A stretch of 64,000 bases of DNA from Tubulanus polymorphus (taxonomy: Eukaryota > Animalia > Nemertea): positions 4,402,001 through 4,466,000 of the forward strand of contig NC_134025.1 in the NCBI RefSeq assembly GCF_964204645.1, given 5' to 3'. The notes beneath the pieces are model-generated. The model was not told the DNA's origin. It saw nothing but the letters and a program-made list of their open reading frames with translations, and ran no database searches. How positions within the stretch are numbered: position 1 is the first letter of the stretch; every line of letters starts with the position of its first letter. A program made the position numbers and the translations under genes. Below, piece by piece: positions 52,071-64,000 of this stretch.

Positions 52071-55000
52071 TTAAATCATTTTTCTGACTTCCTTACGTAT
52101 TTTCCTATCCTTAGGTTTGAGTTCGGTGAGGTTTACTGTAGTATAGGTACAGTCAGGCACCAGAAAACAATAGTGAGAAGACAGAAAGTTGATAACGCGC
52201 AACTAGAAAAATGCATCAGTTTGATACAGTTCTAATTCTGGCAGACATCGGTAGAATTTATACACTATGTACCCGAATTTCTCTGAATAAATCACCATGA
52301 TCGAAGTCAATTCTCCGACTGAGACAGTTACCGGTATATTTGCATTACAGACCGTGTCAGTAGGTGGTTTACCGGAATCTCATTAAAAGGTAAGCACAAC
52401 AAATACGTAGCCTATTATCTCGTGATAGCCTTAAAACAAAGCGCAATTGTTCCTTTCGGATAACCATGGAAAGTGTACTGGAGTAGAGAAACCTGTCAGC
52501 AAACCAGAAACTGAAGCTTATCTTCCGTGTAAGACCTAGAGGTGGAAAGCATGGATCATGTTTTACAACTAGAGGATACATCTATCTTTTTACAGAATGT
52601 GTGGACTGGCCGAGCCGAGACAAAAAACACCCATTTAAGCCTATCACATTTGAATGTATAAATGACAGCACAGAGCAGCAACGATCCGCGAGCCTCCGAA
52701 CTGATGACAACCAATTAATCGACGAAGCACTTTTATTTGGATCATCAGTCGTCGAAATGCTCTTGAATAATTTGCCATTATCCGATAACGGTTCCGCGTC
52801 TGGAAAAGTGCTACAAAAAGTTATTGCTGCATGTCTAAACGCTAATTACATCACGGTTGATTAATAATTGATCTCTGAATCGTGGAGTGCATGGTAAATA
52901 CGACATTAGTATATAGACCACATCGATAGCCACCTCGTACCCCTTATTGAACTCGGTCTAACAAAGTAATCTATCGAAAACATTCGTCGCAAAAATCTGA
53001 GAACCCGGGGACGTTGAGAGGAGATATACGAATATCTCTTTGACATCATCATCAGCTGTATACAAGCCGATATAACTGATTAGTATTAATCTGATATTCG
53101 AGGCAGGTTTATTAAACAATGAATGACGTAGAAACGCACCGGCTTAGTTTCTAAGAATTCGCCATCCATCAGAGCGGCCGTTTTTCATCGCCGGGCTGCA
53201 CTAATATGAAATGCTTAGTAAACACCGTGGAGCAAATGAACAGTCTGTTACTACACCGTATTATGATTCCTTACAGCGAATTGCTGGGTACTATTTTTAG
53301 CGTTAGAATCCAAAATAAACCAACAAACATCGGATTGAGCGATTGAGATTATCAAGCCAGCGATGAATATTTCCGGAATTACGATATAAAAAGAAATGAA
53401 GCCGAGAATTGCAGCGGTCCAGGACTGTAGAATAGAAGGGGTCCAAAACTTCCTAGGCCTAGTTGTATATACCTTACAGTATACAAAGAGCGATCGCCAA
53501 AGGTGCGAAGCCTATCAGGGGGGTTGGGGGCCTCCACAAGAAAATTTGAGAAAGTTGATCATCTAGAATGATTCTAAAAACAAAATCACCACGCAATAAT
53601 GTTATCTCGGCAAAATTCAAGCGGCCACAGGCCCCTGGGGCCCTCTAATTCCGTCCCTGAATTATCCTAACAGAGAAAAACAAGAGAACTAGAGAAAATT
53701 ATTCAGTGTAAATGAATCATGAAAAGAATTGGTGGGCAGGTTGTGGCGTACAGTTACTCTCCTAGACAAGATATCATTATTAGGAAATTGCGTGAAAGCC
53801 GCATTAACTATCACTGGTCAACCGGTACAGTATCCAGCACTACCTGATGCGGCAATATGTTTGCACACGCTAATGGTGATGTGACATAGATTAATAGCGC
53901 GGTTAGCGATATGACTAGTGAACTGTCAACTAAAATCATGAAATTTACGACATCTCGTGACCGTCACGCTCATATGCCCGATGTTTCCCATTAACGCTCT
54001 CTATGCGATGAGCGAGAGTCAGTCGCCCCGAGATCCACACAGAAATTCTATGATTACAGCTGGCAAATCTAACGAGCTATGTCATCATCATCATCAATTC
54101 TATCATTGAAGGGACTTCGGTTTCTGCTCACTTCTTGAAACTGCTGTACAAATGGTAGCTAAATGCACTTTACAACGCATAACACCTCACCGCATTATCG
54201 AGTTAATTACTCTTCAGTCCATCACACATGCTGAATTCAGTTTTGATTCTAAATCCTTTACATTAGTCTTTATAAGCTTTATTCAGATTAGAGACACAAA
54301 CCTGAGGGCATCATGAGACTCGGGCATGGTACCAAAACCAGGCAATAAAGACCAAGAGTTGTTAAGGCAATTGACATTTTCAAAACAAGAATAGTTTCCA
54401 AGTCTCAACTGGCTTCAAGAACATTCAAAAAGAAATAGTATATCAGTTGATGTATCAGTTTTTGGAAAACTTTGCTTCTTGAAAAAGAGATCAACCATAC
54501 ACCAGAATGTGGTCTAATCTGTCTTATAACAAGGCAATAAGATATTTCAATGATATCAACGAGAGAAATTCTATTTCAAGCATTCTAGAAGAGAACACTT
54601 CAGATATCTTATAATATACGCACGTCTTAACCTTCAGTTAGTAACTGAAGCTGAAAATCTTTGTTACCCACAACAACCAGGTTGCTGGTGCGAGCTTATT
54701 ACCTGCTGATTATTACATTCATCCATACACAGTGCCAAAAACGAGATGAAAAATCGACGGATTTGATAAATCCTGGTATTTGGCAACGCGATGTGAAGTC
54801 AGGTTGTTGTATATATTGGCACGATCGTCTTACTGACCGACTGACGGCGTACGAAGCCAATTTGAAATTACAGTTGAGACGCGAAACCTTACGATCGGTG
54901 AATTCCGTGTGATACGTCCGTCTGCCATGAATCTTAACTACCGACACATCAGCTAACAGATTCACCCGCCATCCCGTCCTTCTCGTGCCGACTGACGCAC

Positions 55001-55891
55001 GGGATGAATGACACGGTGCTAGTTGAATATGATACGGAATAAAAACCCTTTATCTGAATATCAGACACCGTTAATAAAGTCCAAAGGTCTTACGAGTATC
55101 TCGTATAACCAACTGGAAAATGAATAGGATCATCTCATCCTCTCATCTGCAATAACTCTTTATAATGATGATGGAGGTGTTTTCTACCCGCGAATATATC
55201 AAAATATGAGAAAGCAATTCAACCAAAGTTCGGCGTGAAATTGGAATTTAGAACTCAAGACAGAGATGGTCACCTTTGCCTTTTTAAAGACGAGGTGGAT
55301 ATTGAGACTAAATTCGACTATTCTGAACCATAGTGAAATTTGAAACAGCCTCAAACAATGATCATTTGACATTTGATGCCGATAATCACGTCTTAAAATT
55401 GCAATCATCGGCAACATCCACAGTTATCAAAGCAAACAGAGAAAATATCTAATAATGAGCACGATTCGGCCACTAACTGTCGGCTATGAGGTAATCAATA
55501 TTCGATCTTCAGACTAATCAAACAGATGACTTCACAGGCATAGAAACTGAGAGAAGACGAAAAAGAAACTGCTGACCGATAAGACAAAAATAATCCAGCA
55601 GAGTTTTTTCAATATCAAATTTACAAGTCCCGTGTCATGTAAAAACCGATGAGACAGGTAACATACTTCTGCTAATTCCTGTTCACGCGTATCAAGATCA
55701 GATTGAAAAAATGTGATTTATAGACACACCGTATCTACAAGTATTACCAGGAATCGGGGAAAATACCTGGAAAGTTTCAATATCTCAGGCACGACCTATA
55801 CTATAGGTCTCCTCGCTATACTCACTGAAACAACGCGATAAACGATGATAAAACGCAGTTTATCTAGTCCTAACCCTGCAATGAATCTTAC

Positions 55892-56035
55892 CTCCCTGTC
55901 TGACACTTCGCAATCGAATACCTCCTCCTCGTCATCATCAACAACAACAGTCTCGATATTTTCATCATCACCTCGATCTGTATGGCCGTCTATATGTTCA
56001 TCATCGACGGGTATATTCCAATGCACTTGCCCCAT
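55892..56035 (-). CDS. Candidate alternative first coding exon of a short Trio isoform (48 aa, acidic)
   Basis: Kozak-like gccATGG; MGQVHWNIPVDDEHIDGHTDRGDDENIETVVVDDDEEEVFDCEVSDRE; strong phase-0 donor GAG|GTAAGA compatible with the phase-0 SH3 exon at 50836. Confidence 0.55.
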
Positions 56036-59000
56036 GGCTTAGCACAAGGCTTATGGGAATATAGGTATGTATATATAACATAAGCTACAGGGTTTATATA
56101 CGCAGCTATCTTCAAGAGAAACACAGCTCAAACCGCAGCAGAAACAGCCAGCTATATGTTATGTATAGTTCCTCATTTTGTTTCTTCTACTAGTTGTTGC
56201 GTACAATGTGCGCTATAAACAGATCTCTATAGGTAGAAGAACATAGTTATACTGCTGCTGATACTGGTGAAGAGATAACCGTTGAGTAATGGGTTAATGA
56301 AATGAACAACATTCGCTGTATGATGAATTTCAGCTATGTAGAATAATCATCGGCGGAGTCGACACCAAAAACCAATCATCAAATGACTCGTTAATTTCAA
56401 TTCACGTCAACCCACACAATATTTATTGTAACCTCAGGATGTTCCATGTATTAATCGGTATTTTTAACCTGTAAGGATTTCACGACGTAAATAGAAAAAT
56501 CAACTCGTCGAATATATCAGTAAAAGCATTTGTGTTTTCATCAAAGCAGTTGATGTTTAATCTAGCAAGAAAATGCTTTCCAATTTGGTGACAAAAGAAT
56601 GAAATCCATCCCGACATTTCTTCAAAAATCTGTCCATGATGGGATAATGAATTCCACGAGAACTTCAGTATTTCTTAGACAGCGAGTCTCTCGTTTAAAT
56701 TCGAGACCTAAGATGCCCGTTGGACATGATATCGCATATCCTCTGTCTATATGACTTGCTAATGAGCTTTTATTGTGACTTCCATCAACATTGTCAATAA
56801 GCAGCGATTAGCAACTTTCTTAAACTGCCGTCAAATGATATCGATTTGGATTTCAGATCATCGAGGCAGTCCACGCACCTTCAGAAATATCAACTGGCAT
56901 GACATCTCGTGAATTATTTCTGAGCATTCCGTTATTTGTTTGTCCACCGCTTCACATAGCCTGGCAACCGTCTTAGCAATTTAGCCGCGAAAAGAGTGAA
57001 GCATTATTAGATTAACAGTGGATTGAAGAGAGAGGGCGAGAGGCAGGAGTACCGCGTATTTACACGCATCATTTAGGCGAACGATATTTTTTAAAGCATA
57101 GGCAGATTAATTACGACACTATTGCAGCCACTATGGGGCAAACGATAGACGACACCACCGGTTAACATTAACTTAATTAGTGGCCTTAGAAAGCTAACAT
57201 GATTGTATCCCATCAGCATAACCTAGTAGCTCTTCTCTCAATCATGCGCGGTGTTACTCGAGGCGGCAATCTGGAAACATGCTGCCACCCAGCACAGCGC
57301 GACCGGCCGTCGTATACCCGCAGGACTGTTTATATCTGTATAGATATGCGATATTGTTTGATGATTGGCAACAATCACTAGGGAGTCACTTATTACGCCG
57401 ACTGATGGCGGGAATTGATAGTTTGTTGACGTGGAAGGATGGACAACTGGTATTGAAGTCTCGGCGCTCGCCTTGTGGCGGGTTTGTCTTCACCGAACAG
57501 CAACATCCAGACATTCGCATTCACACGCAATTCTCAAGTGTCACAATAGACGTGATTAATGAGCATGAATTACGTTTGTTATTACATTAACTGAATTTTC
57601 CTAATATATTTGCATCGCGGCAATTTTGCAGTTCGTACGACACCGATGTTCAACTCCGATATATTCAATGATGAATTGAGAAGCCTGACAAAAAATAAAC
57701 GATCTAAACGAATTCGACGATGAGAACTCGTTCGCCAGTTCACCCAAGATTCTAACATTAGTGACAAACATCGAAATACGAGTAATAGGCAAAACACTTC
57801 TTCGATAATGTTTGCCTGGAAAGAAAGTACTGCAGGGCATACCCACAACCCTCACTCTACAGACGTTAGAAATCTATAAAATCGAGGTTTACAGTTCAAT
57901 CGAATCATCTCTTATCAATGCTGCTTACATTGACTAAGACAAGTGTGTGGGAGATGACACATATGGTGGAGTATATCGATAGCATAACTATTACATTACA
58001 TTACATTACTAACAAGTTATTCTTCATTTCTATGTCCTATTCTCATGTGTTCATTATATGTGTCATCACGAATACAGAGGGTTGATTATACAGCATATCC
58101 TATCGACTTCGTTTCGACATATACGGATCCGTATCTGTATCCAAGAGAGGTGCGGAAAACAAACATGTCTCAGTTGTACCAACGTTAGACCGAGCATCTA
58201 AAACTATTCATTAGCTAATGAATGATTTCAAACCCGAACCCATTTCGTGGCCATAAAACGGATTGAACACCAGACTCGTAAACAGAGCATTCATTCAAAT
58301 ATTGAAATTTAAAAAAACAATTTCACTTATGACGGACTTAGATTCTATTGGCAATTGGTTAGGCTGTCTAGCTCGGGGTTCTCAGCGCAATGGATTGGTT
58401 ATCAGGGTTTATGAGCTAGGATCAGCCTATTGTAATTAATTATCTTTATGCTTGACTGAAAAGAGGGGATTTTCTACATTAACTGCAAACATTTCGAAAT
58501 ACAGGAAAAGTAAATCTAGTGATCAAATATGTTACGATGCCAAATAGCTGTAATCACGTGAATGCCCGAATCACCAGAAAATAGATCACAGGTATTGGTG
58601 GTCTAAGCTTCATCCCCTGTATCTGTCAGATAAAATGCATTGGAAATATGGATCTCGATGGATTCCTATCAAAATCGTCGGAAATGAACGCATTGCTTTT
58701 CAATTTCCAGCAAATCATCGCGGTAATATCACCTGGTTAACCGTTTAGATGTGACTATCTGTTTACCGCAGTAATAACATGCTGTTTGTCATAAAACTGA
58801 ATTATCCCGTCATTCAATACAAGAAAACATAGAAACGCCTATCTATTTCTACTACAATTTTTCGTGACTTCACAGGAAGGAAGCCCTCCGCGAGTGAGGA
58901 ATGAGGCTGGCACCCGTGATGTTTAATCAATTCGATAATGTTATACATTAAATACATGGGTACAAAAAAATCAGGCAGCGGCGGGATAACGCGCTAGTAC

Positions 59001-59982
59001 GGCGCGTACAGTCTCGCAGATATTTCTAGGTTTTCAGTTCCGAACGTGTAGAAATTTCATATAACCTCACATTCTTCTTAAAAAAGAAAGTTGGTTATCG
59101 CGATAATATAAACTAAGTCGTATATATATATATATATATATATTCATAAAGTTTTTACATCCTCGCTCACATTTTGTGTATACATCGAAAACGGCTGCGG
59201 TTTACGATTTCCTCGACGTATAAAATCGTGCGCAATATTATTCCTAAAGCCCCAGACAACAAGTGCACGCTGTAAATGGGGCTGATTTAATTCCGCCCGA
59301 TGAAGACAAATGCAATAGATTCCGGTGTCTTAAGCCGTTAAACAGCTATGCCGAAGGAGAATTACGTCTAATTCAAATTCAATCAATCTTAAGCATCTCC
59401 TTCAGAATTCGAAATCGATGAACATTTTACCATCGATTCGAATAGACCCTTCACTGATTTCGTACACACAACTATTTCCTAAAGAACGAACCCGATTAAA
59501 AATGCTCTCATTCCGCGACGTCGTTTCGGGAATTTTTACCTGATAAAAAAACGCGAATACTTACGAAGATCTTTCACGTAATCCAAAATGTCAACATTTA
59601 GAACAGTTCGCTCAATAGTAAGTGTCAAAAGATACTTTCCACGCTTTTGACCGAACCAATTAATCCGACAAAAAACACACCGAGCGTTATAAGTACGTTT
59701 CCACGAGACACACGTACGCGCCAGTAAAATAGAACTGCGTTGACAACACTGAGCGCGAGAAGAGTGAGTGAGAGAGAGAAGGGTGTAGGCTGCACACTAG
59801 ACTGCAGCAACTATTAAAGTGAATGAGAGCGCAGTACAACAATACAACAACACTCGTACGACAACCGAGTCAGTCTGTGGCAAGTGATTACGGCACAAAC
59901 GCAGTTTTGCACTTTCCGAACAAAGTTATTCGATGAATTTACGTCACAGATAACTATGATAACAAGGAGTAGATAGAATGTA

Positions 59983-60064
59983 CGGAAGCCAGTTGATGAC
60001 ATATGAGATAATTTTTTCATGATTTTGACTGTAATTTCAATATTATGTCATCAACTGGCTTCCG
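59983..60064. mobile_element. Tiny TA-flanked hairpin/MITE (82 bp)
   Basis: TA-CGGAAGCCAGTTGATGACATA ... TATGTCATCAACTGGCTTCCG-TA; perfect 21-bp TIR. Confidence 0.65.
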
Positions 60065-63000
60065 TAGAAACGTGTCGAGGGAACATTCATGTCATTAGAA
60101 AAAGGAAACTTTTAGAGGTGAAATATCCTTTTCATTGTAACAGACCCTGACCAGTTCCACAGGCGCCTTGCATAATTACATCATTATTGATTGTTGTAAT
60201 ACAGTCTACAAATAGTGATGGCGATTGCAGTAACAAATAATTGGTAAATCTAATCTATTTCAACTAAAAAAACTAGTTTTCTCTAAACAGATCACCTTTA
60301 CTGAATGCACCAAAATATATACGAATATACATTTATAGAGAACCACCCAGAATGTTGGAGGATGCAACGCGCTTCAAAGGCTGCTAGATTTCAAGCGGGG
60401 AGGCTACATTTATGCATCGATTCACGAAAAGTCATAAGGTTTTGTTGTATGGTTTCGCTTGTTTCGTCAGTAAAAGATCAATCAACAGTAACATGCACTG
60501 GGTATCAATAAATTCAACCTTCGTGAATTAAAAACTTTCATTATATACACATAGATGGTTCACGCCACAATATTTTTGTACAAAAAATACGACTTGGATC
60601 CATTTAATCACTAAGTGTGAATACTGACGCTGTGAAGTTTGAATGTTTCGACACGTTTACTGATGTGTATCCTAGCACACATCGTTACAACCCAAACACA
60701 ATATGGATTTAAGGAGAAATGTTTCACCTCTAAACGGTTACTTTCACCGCTGAAAATGGCTACCTAGCAGCATCGACTGAGTACTCCTGTTTAAATGTCA
60801 AGATATGATAATTTCGCGGTAGAAGGAGAATGAGGGCAGTCTATTCTATTGAAGGCCAGCGAACAACTGTAGTCTTCATTGTTTCATCGTACAGACCGCG
60901 GCTTATATGAACGCTGAGTTATGAATAAAAACTTTTTCGCCAGACCTAACGTTTTTTCTATTATGCCTCCTCGGTATAACATCTAAGGAATAATACAACA
61001 CCATGCATTAATTAAGATACACCTAGCAAGAAATGACCTTTTTCAGAAGTTGTTTCGCTACGGACTCGGAATTTCGATTAAAAATTTGTGATCCTCGTAG
61101 GCTCCGAAAGTAAGACCAGGAAAGGCACAGAATTAACCGGGGGTGTCAACTACGAGCTAAATATCTAAGACATAAGAAACAGTTGGCCGACATTTTCGCT
61201 ACAAAATCATTATTTCAGCCCACAGTTACATGGAACAACCTTTCTACAGAATGTTGATGTAGGTGGGATTTGTAGATCTTTGAAACTATTGAATTTACTT
61301 CCTCTTCATTATCGGACAATCCTACAAAGCGATTTCATTATCAATATTCTATACGATCTCCTCATATAGGGGGTACTGGTACATTCATCATATAATCAGG
61401 CGAATAAATATTCAACAATGATTAATGATGGTAAAATTATGATAAAACCATAAAAAATACCATAAAACTACAACGAGGGATGATAGATAGAGTATCATTA
61501 TCATTACGGATATATCCATCCATAGAATTTCTAAAAATACTCGCTTGAAATACATATGTTTTTCTATGGGAAAAATATATGCGGAACTTGCCTCAAGCAA
61601 TGAGCTCATTCCATCCCACGTAGTTACAGTTTTCAATTTCATACCAAATTTCATCGCGATATAATTTCGTACTTATTGTTTTTCCAATTATTCGTCCAAT
61701 CGAGAAAAAAAGATGAAAGGTAATGAAAAATTCTCGACCTGCCAGTGCGCCCTCGGGAGTACAATCATTCGTCGCAATTTCAGCATCTACCTCGAGATCG
61801 CGTAACTCGGGGCCTTGAGAATTTGAAGTATCGCGTAACTATATCGTAATATTCTCGGAGATATTGTACGATAGGGTTAAAAAAGCGCAGGTGCTCGGCT
61901 TGAGCCGAGTAAATTGATCAATTTACAACGATGCTTTCATCTATTGATCAGTTATCGATGCACATATGGATAAGCCGTCTAGTCTACCGCGCTATTGTCA
62001 GGCATTTTCGTTAAATTGATTTTCGTCGAACGCAAAAAATAGCCGATAACCAGTTGATCCCGCTAGATAACACGGCCGATGATTGATCATAATTTCGATG
62101 ATAAGTTCGTTTTTACAACAACAAAGTGATGAAATCTAACGACGCTGATGTTTTGCCAATTCCCGCTATATATAAAGAATTCTGTGTCATTTTCCTAAAA
62201 TTGTCCTCATAAAACCTAATTTGTTTTCTCCACATAGAAAAACCATTGGCGATCGATCCAAATTTAGAAAATATTGGCAAAAACCATAGGAAAGGGAACA
62301 GTACTTGACGGAAATATTCTCTTATTTCACTTTTTCCAGTTTTCATATAAACTCCTTTATTTGAATTTATGAGTCACAAAACAGGAAGGTCTAACTTAAC
62401 TTCCCGGTATGTTTATTACATTATTTTCAGGTGAATATGTTTAGTGTATGAGTTTAGTATAGCGGATGAAATGAGCTCCTGTAGTTCCCACTTCTGCGAG
62501 ATGTGATTTTATTTTAATTGGCGCTTGTAGGAATAGACCTGCGATACCTGCTATAGATTCCACACATAGTTATCCTAGAGTAACTGATATAAAGCAATTA
62601 CTGTATTGGAGTAAACAACATATATTCTCCCTGGTCGTATCAACAAATCATGAAAATGTGAAACTAGCACTGAGAAAAGAATGTGATTAGTGGTCAAGCA
62701 CTCTTGTTCCATGACCAAATGAAGCCTTGAATAAAAACCATGGCCTATTCATTTCGGATCGCGTGGTAAGATCACTCTTTGGACCTACCCGTAGCGCTAG
62801 AACCTGTTGCCGCAAATTCACTCTTTAATATCTTCAAGGACAGTTTGAACAGGTCGTAAGCGTTGGAACCAATCACTATAAATACCTGGCAGCGTGGTCG
62901 GTATATAATACGCCTATCTCCCGGCGGAAATGAACGAGTCAAGAATCAGTTTTATCAGTCGAGAGGCGAGTGCCATTCCGAGAATACCACGTTGATCACG

Positions 63001-64000
63001 TTATCAATGTCAGGGTATTCCCCAAACACGCGGCTAATAAATCATACAATATGTAATACCAGCAGCGACGCTATCTCACCATTCCATTCACAAAATGCAC
63101 TGCTTTAACCTCGGTTTAAGCCGAGGAAAATCTCCATCCATATTTTCACCATATTAAATGTTAGGCTTTTTTCAAAAATTACTTGAAGCATGGATCTGTC
63201 GCCAAGAATTCCACCAAAAAAAAATCATATCGAAAAACAGACAAGTCCTCATTCCTTAGTTCCTCTCTCCTGCAGTCATCATAATTTTCAACAGAATAAT
63301 TTTTCAAAATATTTCTGTCTTAATATTCGATCTAATGATTTGCGAAATGTTAGTTTTCTTCGTTTCTCGGATCATCTAAATTCAATTCAACACAATTTTC
63401 AGACTTTTAAATTTTTTCTGCAATCAGGATTTTATATGGAAATTGTTTTTCATTTTTTTGCGTGTTCCCACCCATTCTAAAAACGCTGCAATGGAAGTTT
63501 TTTACTTTCTTTCCCTTCATCTTTCAATTTTTTTCTTGAAAAAAATCGTTCGGACAAGCTTACCCCGAACAACCAACTCCCAAAACAAAGGGTAGTATTA
63601 TCAGCCTAATGAAGTTCATACAGTATCCTAACAGTGTGAAGACTGTGATTTGAATTGTAAACCTATCGAGGTTTTTACTTATTCATTAAAGATTAATTAG
63701 ACACATCAGGCGTAACTAGATCCGCTAGCATGGATTGCAACGGAATCCCGGTGAACAAGCTAGAAAAACAGCGGAATCCAAATCGAGTCGCTAGGCAACA
63801 AGACAAACGTCACGCGACCCCGCGCGTAAGAAAAATTAAATACTAATTGTATCCAAAATGAATCGGACATACGAGTACTGACGTTCTCAGTCAGTTCCTG
63901 AATAGAATGACGGGAAAAAATATAATTTTTACATAAACCTGAGTAGATTCAGTCAGGGTAAGGAGGACACGTATCGTACAAGGCCGATCAAGACATAATT

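Noticed and set aside
56100-64000. Short ORFs in the right-hand 8 kb
   Set aside because: No recognisable domains or consistent exon chain; treated as Trio intron.

Overview
Eukaryotic, AT-rich invertebrate animal DNA with many short spliceosomal introns; the species cannot be determined from the sequence. Left to right: (1) a large low-complexity coding exon of an unidentified minus-strand gene running off the left edge; (2) a complete 9,888-bp DNA transposon (4522-14409), apparently inside that gene's first intron; (3) NOP58 (15 exons, plus strand); (4) a decayed rhodopsin-family peptide-receptor-like GPCR pseudogene; (5) the 3' half of a Trio/Kalirin RhoGEF-kinase gene (minus strand, SH3-DH-PH-SH3-Ig-FN3-kinase) whose long introns hold candidate alternative first exons, MITEs, RFX X-box-like motifs and a hammerhead-ribozyme-like core. 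The transposon is the most interesting element. It has a 6-bp TSD (AATATG), TAT...ATA ends (IS3EU-like) and 1.2-1.4 kb TIRs built from 144-bp palindromic tandem repeats rich in E2F-consensus motifs. It carries two convergent spliced genes: a DDE integrase-core transposase and a SAM-domain/HECT E3 ubiquitin ligase. All exon coordinates were read by eye and no database searches were run.
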